NCBI GenBank assembly: GCA_951406725.2
Contig: OX597839.1
Span: forward strand, 24,490,001 to 24,554,000
From: Octopus vulgaris
Lineage: Eukaryota
Direction of reading: 5' to 3'
DNA: 64,000 nt
Part shown: piece by piece, positions 52,020 through 64,000 of the stretch
Layout of the letters: each line of letters starts with the position of its first letter
Numbering within the stretch: the stretch's first letter is position 1
Notes under the pieces: generated by a model
The model's input: the letters and a program-made list of their open reading frames with translations, nothing else
Told to the model about the DNA's origin: nothing
Databases searched by the model: none
Position numbers and translations under genes: made by a program

Positions 52020-52673
52020 AGATGTGGGGGGAAGGGAGAGAAGGGAGAGATGGAGAGAAGGGAGAGAAGGGAGAGAAGGGAGAGAGGGAGAACTAGAAAG
52101 AGAGAAACAGAAGGTACTTAAAGAGAGAGAGAGAGAGAGTTAGGGAAAGAGAGTGTGAGATATGGAGACAAAGAGAAAAGAGAGAATTATGGAGAGATAC
52201 TTAGAAAGAGAGACGGGGGAGGGTCAGAGAGAGAGAGTTAGAAAAGGAGAGCGTTAGATAAAGAAAGAGTGAGAAAAAAGAGAGAGAGAGAGAGAGAGTT
52301 GGAGACAAAGAGATGGAGAGAGAGAGAGAGAGAGAATTAGAAAGGTACTTAAAGAGAGAGGCAGACAGAGAGAGAGAGATAGGGAAAGAGAGTGTTAGAG
52401 ATAGAGACAGAGAGAAAAGAGAGATGGAGAATTAGAAAGAGATACTTAAAGAGAGAGAAAGCAAGAGAGAGGGTGAGAGAGAGAGAGAGTTAGAAACAGA
52501 GAGAGTGGGAGAAAGAAAGAGTGAGAAAGAAGAAAGAAGGAGAAAGACAAAGAAAGATACATACCGAGAGAGAAAGAGAGAGAGATGGACAGAGAAAAAG
52601 AGTTGGATAGAGGTGGGGAGAAAGAGAGAGAGAGAGAGAGATGGACAGATAAAAAGAGTTGGACAGAGGTGGG

Positions 52674-52715
<42 letters not shown>

Positions 52716-52790
52716 CAGAGAAAAAGAGTTGGACAGAGGTGGGAAGAAAGAGAGAGAGAGAGGGAGAGAGAGAGAGAGGAGGAGAGAGGG
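52020..52790. repeat. (GA)-rich tract with ~60-bp internal repeats
   Basis: AGATGGACAGAGAAAAAGAGTTGGACAGAGGTGGG x3 at 52580-52750. Confidence 0.9.
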
Positions 52791-53034
52791 GAATTGTGTG
52801 GTGGTGGTAGTGGTGGTGCTGTGGCCAGTGAAGACAATGACACACAGACAGCCATTAAATTAATACTTAGAGACTTGCTGTAATCAATATAGTAGAGTAA
52901 ACGAGGTGAGAATAAAATATGTAATTATTTTAATAAGTTAGTAACTCTGTCCGAAAAGTGTTGGAGTAAGATGAAACCCTGTCTACCGCTTTCGTTCGTC
53001 AGACTGTATCTCATACGTTGTATAATTAAGATAA

Positions 53035-53196
53035 CCAACAACAACAACAATAATAATAATAATGATAACAACAACAACAATGACAATAATAATAATAATA
53101 ATGATAATGATAATAATAACAATAATAATAATAATAATAATAATAACAACAACAATAATAATAACAACAAATAACGATGAGAATAATAATAATAAC

Positions 53197-53233
<37 letters not shown>

Positions 53234-53269
53234 TTAATAACAACAAATAACGATGACAATAATAACAAC

Positions 53270-53314
<45 letters not shown>

Positions 53315-53321
53315 TAGAATG

Positions 53322-53363
<42 letters not shown>

Positions 53364-53402
53364 TTAATAACAACAAATAACGATGACAATAATAATAATA
53401 AC

Positions 53403-53443
<41 letters not shown>

Positions 53444-53480
53444 TAATAACGATAACAACAACAAGAACAAGGATGAGGAC

Positions 53481-53521
<41 letters not shown>

Positions 53522-53543
53522 CAACAAATAACGGTGACAATAA
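53035..53543. repeat. (AAT)n/(AAC)n array
   Basis: Direct reading. Further tracts at 54090-54180 and 54385-54520. Confidence 0.97.
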
Positions 53544-54090
53544 TCATCATCATCATCATCATCGTTTAGCGTCCGCTTTCCATGCTGGCATGGGTTGGAC
53601 GGTTCAAATGGGGTCCGGGAAGCCAGGAGGCTGCACCAGGCCCAGTCTGATCTGGCAATGTTTCTACAGCTGGTTATCCTTTCCTAACGCCAACCACTCT
53701 GAGAGAGTAGTGGGTGCTTTTTACGTGCCACCGACACAGGTGCCAGACGAGGCTGGCAAATGGCCACGATCGGATGGTGATTTTTACATGCCACCGACAC
53801 GGAGGCCAGGCAAGGCTGGCAACGGCCACGTTCGGATGGTTCTCTTACGTGCCACCGGCACTGGTATCACAGTTACAATTTCCATTGATGTTGATCGATT
53901 TTGATTTCGATTTTGATTCTGATTTCTCACCTGCCTCAACAGGTTTTCACAAGTAGAGTTTTGTGTCCCAAGAAGGAAAAGGTATGCATAAGTGGACCAG
54001 CTATATCCCAGGTAGAGGCCACGGGTTATGGTCTCACTAGTCCTGCCGGGTCTTCTCACGCACAGCATACTTCCATAGGTCTCAGTCTCA
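53544..54090 (-). mobile_element. RTE LINE 3' end, sister subfamily
   Basis: Last codons DLWKYAVREKTRQD*, then a 3' UTR with three modules and a (GAT)n tail. Confidence 0.85.
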
Positions 54091-54110
54091 TAATAATAAT
54101 AATAATAATG

Positions 54111-54155
<45 letters not shown>

Positions 54156-54409
54156 GTAATAATAATGATAATAATAATAAAGGTTTCAAATTTTGCTACA
54201 AGGACAGCAATTTTGCAGGAGGGGGCTGAGTCAATTACATCGACCCCAATGTTTCACTGGTACTGAATTAATTGACCCTGAAAGGATGAAAGGTGGAATT
54301 TGAACACAGAATGTAATGATGGGCAGAATGCCGTTAAGCATTTCGTCCAGTGTGCTAACAATTCAGCCAGCTCACTGCCTTGAAAAATAATAATAATAAT
54401 AATAATAAC

Positions 54410-54478
<69 letters not shown>

Positions 54479-54521
54479 TAATAATAATATTATTAATAAT
54501 AATAATATTAAAAATAATAAT

Positions 54522-55596
54522 CATCATCATCATCATCATCATCATTGTTTAACGTCCGTTTTCCGCGCTAGCACGGGTTGGACGGTTCGACCGGGGTCTC
54601 GGAAGCCAGGGGCTGCACCAGGCTCCAGTCTGATCTACAAGAGTTTCTACAGCTGGATGCCCTTCCTAACGCCAACCACTCCGCGAGTGTAGTGGGTGCT
54701 TTTTACATGCCACCTGCACAGGTGCCAGGGGGGTCCGGCATCGGCCACGATCGGTTGGTGCTTTTAATGTGCCACCGGCACGGAAGCCAGCCAAGGCGGC
54801 GCTGGCATCGGCCACGATTGGATGGTGCTTTTTATGTGCCACCGGCACAGAAGCCAGTCAAGGCGGCGCTGGCAACGGCCACGTTCGGATGGTGCTTTAT
54901 ATGTGCCACCGGCACAGGTATCACAACTACTATTTCCATTGATATTTATTTCAATGTTCATGTTCATGTACTTGACTCAACAGGTCTCCTCAAGCACAGC
55001 GAGACGTTCCAGGATCCAGGGTACTTTGAATGGGCAGGGGCTATGCGGAACTGGTGCAGGAAGCAGCCCGGGTCTTTGCAGTCACAGCATATCTCCAGAG
55101 ATCACGGTCCTTCGCCATTGCCTCAGTGAGGCCCAACGCTCTGAGGTCATGCTTGACTACCTCATCCCATGTCTTCCTGGGTCTACCTCTCCCCCTGATA
55201 CCTTCAACTGTTTGGGAGTTGCACTTCTTCACACATCTCTCCTCATCCATCCGCAGTATATGACCATACCATCGCAAGCGTCTCTCTTGCACACCACATC
55301 TGATGCTTCTTATGTCCAGCATTTCTCTCAGGGTGCTTACACTCTGTCGCGCGTGCACACTGACATTACACATCCAGCGGATCATGCTAGCTTCATTCCT
55401 TTCAAGTCTACGCATGTCCTCTGCAGTCACAGCCCATGTTTCACTACCGTGAAGCATGGCAGTTCGCACACATGCATCATACAATCTACCTTTCACTCTG
55501 AGCGAGAGACCCTTTGTCGCCAGTAGGGGTAGGAGCTTTCTGAACTTTGCCCAGGCTATTCGTATTCTAGTAGTGATACTCTCTGAGCATCCACCT

Positions 55597-55600
<4 letters not shown>
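54522..55600 (-). mobile_element. 5'-truncated RTE LINE: open C-terminal frame (to stop at 55041) plus ~520-bp 3' UTR
   Basis: SITTRIRIAWAKFRKL..KGRLYDACVRTAMLHGSETW..RRLRWYGHILRM..GRGRPRKTW..DRDLWR, (GAT)n tail. Confidence 0.92.
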
Positions 55601-55627
<27 letters not shown>

Positions 55628-55871
55628 AATAATAATAACAATAATAACAATAATGATGATTTCAAGTCTTAACATAAGGCCAGCAATTTCAAGAGATGGG
55701 GCAAATTACATCGATCTCAGTACACAACTGGTACCTATTTTATTGACCCCCCCCCACCCAAATGGATGAAAGGCAAATTTGACCACTGCTAAACATTTTG
55801 CCTGGCATGCTAACGATTCTGCCAGCTCGCTGCCTTACTACTACTAATAATGGATGATGGTGATGATGATG

Positions 55872-55903
<32 letters not shown>

Positions 55904-56547
55904 AAAAATAGTAACAAAAACAACAATAATGCGTAACCTTCTGTTATCTCAATATACAACCTACTTGGGTTATCAGTTAAAATGTCGACTAGAATGTTTG
56001 TAATTAATAATCTGGCCATAATTAATTACTAATGCTTCATCTGATTGGAATTGTCTATACACAAGGTTGTCTAAAATTGACCCAAGGTCACAAGTTTTGG
56101 GGTGGAAGGTACAGTTCATTAAACTGCCCCCAGTATTTGACAGGGATTTACTTGCTGAAGCCCCAGAATTGATAATTACAAAAGTAAGGAGTTTGCTTTC
56201 CAGCCACATGGTCCTGGGTTCAATCCCAATGCATGGTACCTTGAGCAAGCATTTTTTTACTATAACTCAGGGTTAACCAAAGCTTTGTCGGTGGATTTGG
56301 AAGACGGAAACTGAAAGAAGCCTGTTGTGTGTGTGTGTGTGTGTGTACAGGCGCAAGCGTGGCTGTCTGGTAAGAAGCTTCTTTCCATCGACCAAACCCA
56401 CTCACAAGGTTTTGGTCAGCCTGCGGTTATACTAGAAGACACTTGCCCAAGGTGCCACACATTGGGATTGAACTTGGAACTATGTGGCTGGGTAGCAAGC
56501 TTCTTACCACACAGCCGCTTGTTAATATATGAATATGTACATTTATG

Positions 56548-56584
<37 letters not shown>

Positions 56585-56831
56585 ATGTTTATATATATAT
56601 ACATATATATATGTATATATATATATATACATATACACACACATATATAAACATATATACACACATATATATATACATACACACATACACACATATCACA
56701 CACACACACACACACACATATAAATTTAAATTTTCTTAATAACAATTTTTCTTAGTGGTCAGACCATATGGGGTCTACATTTAGCATATTAGGAATCCCA
56801 GCTAGTGGTCATTCCTCTTATATGTATGTAT

Positions 56832-56878
<47 letters not shown>

Positions 56879-56979
56879 TATATAAATATATGTAACAACA
56901 TACACACACACACATATACATATATATACACATATAACTATATATATATAAATACATACACACACACACATATACATAC

Positions 56980-57286
56980 ATCATCATCATCATCATCATC
57001 ATTATTTAACGTCCGCTTTCCATGCTAGCATGGGTTGGACGGTTCAACTGGGGTCTGGGGAGCCCGAAAGCTGCACCAGTCCAGTCAGATCTGGCAGTGT
57101 TTCTACAGCTGGATGCCCTTCCTAACGCCAACCACTCCAAGAGTGTAGTGGGTGATTTTATGTGCCACCGACACAGGTGCCAGACGAGGCTGGCAAACGA
57201 CCACGCTCGGATGGTGTTTTTTATGTGCCACCGACACAGGTGCCAGACGAGGCTGGCAGACGGCCACGCTCGGATGGTGTTTTTAC
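56980..57286 (-). mobile_element. RTE LINE 3' UTR fragment
   Basis: Two near-identical ~62-bp modules plus a partial third. Confidence 0.85.
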
Positions 57287-57292
57287 ACACAC

Positions 57293-57335
<43 letters not shown>

Positions 57336-57350
57336 CATACACACACACAC

Positions 57351-57407
<57 letters not shown>

Positions 57408-57906
57408 TCATCAAGATTGTGGTTTGAAAATCTTTTGAACATTACTTTTTCCTATGTGTGTTTGCGTGTGTGCATGTGTATGTGTGCGTGTATATATTTA
57501 ATAATAATAAATAGTAACTACAAAACAATGAGGTCTCAATATTAGATAAACAGAGGATTATATATGTTATAATTTAGAACAAATAGTACAAGGCTCTCCT
57601 TATAGTACTCAGAGTTTCAAATGTAGGAGCGAAGAACTATGATACCTTTTCGTTAGCTATTAATGGCAACTGACCCCCTATGGAAAGAGTTGAATAAAAG
57701 GGAGGTTGCCCCTAATAGGTAGGAAAAGAAAAAAGATAAAAAATACACGCAGCCATAGACATAAGACTCCTGCATTCATAACATCTACATATGTACACTC
57801 TGACACAAACATATATACGTACATGCACATACACACAGACAAACATAAATGTATGTATGTACTCATACATACACACATATCCACACACACACACACACAT
57901 ACATAC

Positions 57907-57970
<64 letters not shown>

Positions 57971-58444
57971 TTATACTAATTATCTTTTCTAATAATTTTG
58001 ATATATATTTAAATAATATAAATTAATTAATCTTATGTATTGGCTTAAGTTTTTCAATGTATTATTTGCCTAATAGTGGTTTTATCTCTAATTTAATATA
58101 ATATATATATATACTCTTTACTCTTTTACTTGTTTCAGTCACTTGACTGTGGCCATGCTGGAGCACATATATATATATATGTATACAAACATATGAATAT
58201 CCACATAAATCAAGGGAGCGTGTGCATGAAAGTCGCACATATGCACCAGATACAATATTACACTCATATACATACATATACACATAGGTAGTAGTGATGG
58301 TGATGATGGTGGTGGTGGCAGTAGTGGTGTTGGTGGTAATGGTGGTGGCAGTGGTTGTTGTGGTGGTCCTGTTTGTGGAGATGGTAGTGGTGGTGGTGGT
58401 GGTGGTGGTGGTACTGTGGTTCAAAAACTCTCTGTATATATAAA

Positions 58445-59200
58445 TAGTAAATCTCAAAAAAGAAGAACAAACACAAAAAAAAAACAACGACGGGAGGATG
58501 TGGTACATGTAAAGTATTAGCAGACGCTCAGGGAAGGAAAGAAAGGTGGTTTGACATTTCGAGCAGATGCTCTTCTTCAAAGACAGGAGACAGAGGAAAG
58601 TCCAAAAGAAAAGGAAGACACAAGAATACTTGTGTGTGTGTGTAGGAAGGAAAGTTTCTTGTCGAAGATACATCTCGCTTTTATCCTTCGAAACGTAGAG
58701 TAGATGAAACCATAGCGACTGAAGAAGGGGTTTTTTCTTTGTGTTAATTGTCCTGTACTCCATTTTTTTGTTGTTTTTAAAAAAATGTCCAGTTCCTTTG
58801 GTTTGTGTCTATGTTTTCGTTTCTCTTTGTGTTCGACGTCCCTTTGGTGTCCTGTACTCATATATGCGTGTATATGTACATGTAGAGGTAGGTACGTACA
58901 TATATGTTTATATATATGCATATGTTTTATTTCATTTATTAATATATATATATATATATATACACACACGCGCGCGAGTAAGCACATAAATGCAAAACAA
59001 GGTGGAAAAAATAGTACTCGAATACCGAAGGTAGAGCAAGGTGTTTTTCTATTAAAGCTGCAATAACTGTTACTCAGTTTCTTATTCCCCTTCATTGGAC
59101 AGTTGTGATCAAGAATTTTGATCAAGATTCAAAATTCTTGTTACAACTGCCCAATGAATGGTAACGTTAAAGCTTTTCTGATGCTTTTGCAGCTTTAATA
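58445..59200. mobile_element. Cluster of Penelope-like terminal-repeat remnants
   Basis: 58445-58630 resembles 28097-28291, and 58690-58945 resembles 34165-34445. A third piece follows the (TA)n at 58975. Confidence 0.55.
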
Positions 59201-59227
59201 AAAAAGGATATAAGGCATGGCTTGTGG

Positions 59228-59572
59228 AGGCACAGGTGTAGCTGTGTAGCAAGAAGCTTGCTTCCCAAACACATGGTTCCAGGTTCAGTTCTACTGTGTG
59301 GTACCTTGGACAGGTGTCTAGCCTCGGGCCAACCAAAGCCTTGTGAATGGATTTAGTTGACGGAAACTGAAAAAAGCCTGTCATGTGTGTGTGTGTGTGT
59401 GTGTGCATGTTTGGGTGTCTATGATTGTTAGTGTGTTTAAGTCCCCGTAACTTAGTTGTTCAGCAAAAGAGACTGATAGAATAAGTACTATGATTACAAA
59501 GAATAAGTCATGAGGTCAATTTGTTTGATTAAAGGTGGTGCTCCAGCAGGGCCACAGTCAAATGACTGAAAC
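59228..59572 (+). mobile_element. SINE family A, diverged
   Basis: Colinear with deletions. Confidence 0.8.
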
Positions 59573-60032
59573 AACTCCATTCGACAGGTGCTTAATTAGA
59601 GGAGGACCATCTACTCTAACCATTTTCGTCATAGTCACCCACTACCATCATCATCGCCATCATCATCACCATCATCCTCATCATCGTTTAACATCTGCTT
59701 TCCATGCCGGCATGGGTTAGAGGCTTTCACAGGAGCTGGTAAGGCTAGAGGGCTTCACCAGGTTCCAGTCTGATTTGGCTCGGTTTCTACGGCTAAAATG
59801 TCTTTCCTGTGCCAACCACTCCAAGAGTGTAAAGGAGTGCTTTTATGTGCCACCGGCATGGATGCCTTTATGTGTCCCTGGCACAGGTGCCAGTTACGTG
59901 ACATTAGAATCAGCCATAACCATGGTTCAACTGGGAAGCAGCACTTCTCCCTCCACCCTCACTTCCCTTTCCAAGTGGAATTTTAAAAAGTTGATGAGAG
60001 CTTTACCAAAGAGGTTCTCCCTCAATCCTGGC

Positions 60033-60500
60033 GTGGTGGTGGGTAATGGTGGTGGTGGTGGTGATGGTGTGGTGGTGGTGGTGTTGGTGGTACTGGTGGT
60101 GGTTGTGATGGTGACCGTGGTTGTGGTGGTGGTATTGGTGGTGGAGGTAGTAGTGGTGGTGGTAATGGGGGGATTATGATGATAGTGGTGGTGGTGGTGG
60201 TGGTGATGGTGGCATTGGTGGTGGTGGTGACAGTGGTGGAGGTGGTATTGGTGATGGTGGTAGTTGTGGTGGTGGTAATGGGGGGGGGGGATTATGATGA
60301 CAATGGTGGTGGTGGTATTGATGGCAGTGGCGGTGGTGGTGGTGGTGGTGGAACTGGTGGTGATGGTAGTGTTGGTACTGGTGGTGGTTGTGATGGTGAC
60401 AGTGGTGGTGGTGGTGGTGGTTGTGCTGGTGATGTTGGAGTTGTTGGTGTTGATAGTGGTGATGATGATAATAGTAGTGGCAGCAGTTGTGGTGGTGTTG
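60033..60500. repeat. (GGT)n region
   Basis: Direct reading. Confidence 0.95.
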
Positions 60501-60836
60501 TCATCGGAGCTGGTTGAAGTGAATCGCCCCCACCCCCACCCCCCTGTATATCCCACTCCATTATCTCTTCCTCAAAGGTTCAAGTATTACATGCTCTTCA
60601 CCGTGCCACCCCGTCGCCCCTCACGCCTCAGTGCCAAGCTCTGGCAGTCACTGGAAACGCCTGGCTCAGCACGATAACATTATTATTAAGTCACACACAC
60701 ACACACACACACTGTCATATAGATACACATGCATACATACGGATACATGCCCACACAGAACCACACACACACTTAGTCACACGCCCACACAGTTTCTCTC
60801 CCTCTCTCCTTCTCTCTCTCTCCATCTCTGTCACTA

Positions 60837-60867
<31 letters not shown>

Positions 60868-60872
60868 GCCAA

Positions 60873-60936
<64 letters not shown>

Positions 60937-61878
60937 CCAAACATATACACACACACAGAGCCAAACATACACACACACACACAGCCAAACATATACAATC
61001 TCATGCAGTCACACACATGCACTCACACGCCTACACACACACACACAACACAGACTCATACACATGCTGTCTGATGCTCAAAGATATACACACATACACA
61101 CACCCTTGCACAAACAGAGGTGTATACACACATTCTTTCTCTTTTCTCGCATATATGGACACACACACGCACATGCAAACACACACACACTCAAATATAC
61201 AGCCACGCACACACACAGTCATACATGTACAAATATACACACACACACACGTGCACACACTCACACACACATATACATACAATCATACACACTCAAATAT
61301 ACACATACGCACCCACACACAGAATTTTACATACACACACACACACAAACACACACATAGTTACACTCAAATACATGCACACACACACACACTCAAATAT
61401 ACAGCCACGCACACACACAAACAGTCATACACGTACAAATATACACACACACACACACGTGCACACACTCACACACACATATACATACAATCATACACAC
61501 ACAAATATACACATACAGTAGGCGCGGGCATGGCTGTGTGGTCAGGTAGCTTGCTTCCTAGCTACATGGTTTCGGGTTCAGTCCCACTGCGTGGCACTTT
61601 GGGTAGGTGTCTTCCACTATAGCCCCGAGCCGACCGGAGCTTTGAGATTGAATTCGGTAGGTGGAAGTTGCTGCCGTGTGTGTGTATGTGTGCGTATAGC
61701 TGCTCAGTGCCTCTCCGATACCCACACACAGAATTATACACATTCAAATACACACACACACACAAACACACATAGACATGAACATAGTTATACTCAAATA
61801 CATGCACACACACAAACACTGCCCCTCCCCCCCACTGAGCTGTGACTACCAAACGATTTCCTACTTTTTGAAATATTA

Positions 61879-63155
61879 TTGGGTCATCCCATAAATAATG
61901 CAGTTTTTTTTAATACTTCTTTTATTTTTCAGAATTAAGATAAACAAAGTTCTTTTTAATCTAAAATATACTCTCCCTTATTTTCTATAATGCTCTCCCA
62001 TCTATCTGGTTGACTTGCAAAGCCCCTCTTCCAAAATTCACTCGTCCGTGACGAAAAATACTCCTGGCTTCATCTACAGAATTCATATTTTTTCCATCCA
62101 AATGATTTTGAAAACTGCGGAATAAATGATAATCAGTTGGGGCAATGTCCGGTGAATATGGTGGGTGAGGCATCGTTTCCCATTCAAACTGCTCCATCCT
62201 TTGGAATGTCATCCTTGCTGTGTGTGGCCAAGCATTATCCCGATGGAAGAACACCTTTTGTCTTGAAACCAAAGATGGTCGTTTTCCCTCTAGTGCTGAC
62301 TTAAGTTGCTCAAGCTGCTCACAGAAATATCTTGTGATATCGTTTGGTTTGGGTTTAAAAGTTCAAAGTGGACTAAACCTTTCATATCCCACCAAACAGA
62401 TAACAACACCTTATGTGGGTGAAGACCTCCTTTAGCCTGGGGTGCTGGTGTTTCTCCTTTCCCTACCCATTGTCTTCAGCGCTTGACACATTTTTATAGA
62501 GAACCCATTTCTCGTCACCAGTCACTATTTGGTCCAAAAAAGGGTCATTCGAGAGAGATGACAGCAAGGAAGAGCACACATTCACTCTCTGCACATGATT
62601 AGACTTGGATTGTTTGTGAGGAACCCATTGACCCAATCTGCTGACTTTCCCGATGGCAGGCAGGTGTCAATGAATGGTTGAATGACCAAATCCAAGCTTC
62701 TCTGTTAGTTCCTCAACAGTTATGATGGGATTTTGTTCCACCAGGCTTTGCAGGATGTCCTTGTCAAGCTCTACAGATCTCCCAAGATGAGCCTCATCTT
62801 CTAGGCTGTAGTTTCTGGCTTGGAATTTCTGGAACCACCATTGACACTGGCTTTCGCTTATTGTCTGATCCCCATATACTACATTAATATTCCTCACACT
62901 TTCAGTTGTGTTGTTGCCTTTATTGAACTCATAAAGCAAAATATGCCAAATATGCTCCTTTGTCCCTTCCATTATAGCTTTGAAAAAATAACTGTTAAAA
63001 TCAAACTGCACTCTTCAAAACTTGCACTAAGAATAAGCACAAGGTAAAATTACTACCTGCTTTTACAGCAAGTAGATGCAGGTAGTTTATCCCATCCCCC
63101 TCCGACTTTTAGTTCATGCAATTGAAAAAACCGCATTATTTATGGGATGACCCAA
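61879..63155 (-). mobile_element. Full-length mariner transposon (1277 bp), transposase pseudogene ~62972-61960
   Basis: TA TSDs, TIR TTGGGTCATCCCATAAATAATGC(A/G)GTTTTT. MEGTKEHIWHILLYEF..WFQKF..SLEDE..GR, then HRDNAWPHTA..HPPYSPDIAPTDYHLF (DD34D), with stops and frameshifts. Confidence 0.95.
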
Positions 63156-63631
63156 TATTTCTATTTATTTCTTGTTTATTTACCAATTTTTAGGGGTTGT
63201 TTTTGTCCCCTAATCATATTTTGTGTTATTTATCTTTCTTTTCTTTCTTTTTACTTGTTCCAATCATTAGATTGTGGCTTTGCTGGGGCACCGCCTTGAA
63301 GAATTTTAGGTGAAAACCCCAGGACTTGGTTTTTCAAAAAAATGTTGTTGTTTTTTGAAGCCTGATACTTGTTCTATCAGTCTCTTTTGCTGAAATGTTG
63401 AGTTATAGGGACATAAACACACCAACACCGGTTGTCAAGGTGCGGTGGTGGACAAACACGCACACATTCACACACAAGTATACTATGTGCACCTTACCAA
63501 ATTCATTGACAAGGCATTCGCTGGCCCAAAGCCTTACTAGAAGACACTTGTCAAAGTAACTTACAGTGAGACTGAACCTGGAACCATGTGGTTGGGTAGC
63601 AAATTTCTTACCACACAGCCACGCCTGAGTC

Positions 63632-63673
<42 letters not shown>

Positions 63674-63675
<2 letters not shown>

Positions 63676-64000
63676 CATAGGAGTGGCTGTGTGGTAAGTA
63701 GCTTGCTTACGAACTACATGGTTCCGGGTTCAGTCCCACTGCGTGGCACCTTGGGTAAGTGTCTTCTACTATAGCCTGAGGCCAACCAAAGCCTTGTGAG
63801 TGGATTTGGTAGACGGAAACTGAAAGAAGCCCGTCGTATATATGTATATATATATATATATGTGTATGTGTGTGTATGTGTTTGTGTGTCAGTGTTTGTC
63901 CCCCCTCAACATCGCTTGACAACCGATGCTGGTGTGTTTACGTCCCCGTAACTTAGTGGTTCGGCAAAAAAGAGGCAGATAAAATAAGTACTGGGCTTAC
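63674..64000 (+). mobile_element. SINE family A (runs off window)
   Basis: Colinear with 1160-1570. Sits head-to-head with an older minus copy at 63245-63628. Confidence 0.9.

Noticed and set aside
52975-53010. CTGACGA-AC-GAAA-GCG-GTA on the minus strand
   Set aside because: No stem II and no proper stem I or III; likely chance.
54578-55526. 183- and 234-aa plus-strand ORFs
   Set aside because: Antisense to the RTE ORF and UTR.

Overview
AT-rich, microsatellite-saturated eukaryotic DNA, intergenic or intronic. It is most probably from an octopus or related coleoid cephalopod, inferred from three tRNA-derived SINE families and the repeat landscape. I find no confidently recognisable host gene. 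Nearly all long ORFs are read-throughs of simple repeats. Real coding remnants are all transposon-derived: a decayed Chapaev3-type transposase (28.6-30.3 kb), a full-length mariner (61.9-63.2 kb) and LINE fragments of the RTE, BovB-like RTE, CR1-group, R4/Dong and CRE clades. Also present are non-autonomous Helitrons, piggyBac/hAT/Tc1-mariner MITEs, and Penelope-like terminal-repeat remnants carrying hammerhead-like cores, often as inverted pairs. Points most worth following up: (1) a tandemly amplified, structured ~60-bp module in RTE 3' UTRs, a candidate cis-acting or self-cleaving RNA; (2) hammerhead-bearing fold-back elements; (3) a SINE whose insertions all abut GGT(A) and which inserts into itself; (4) repeated local templated duplications anchored at microsatellites; (5) a SINE-derived 111-bp minisatellite and a palindromic 40-bp satellite with higher-order structure. 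Family names come from motif recognition, not database searches.
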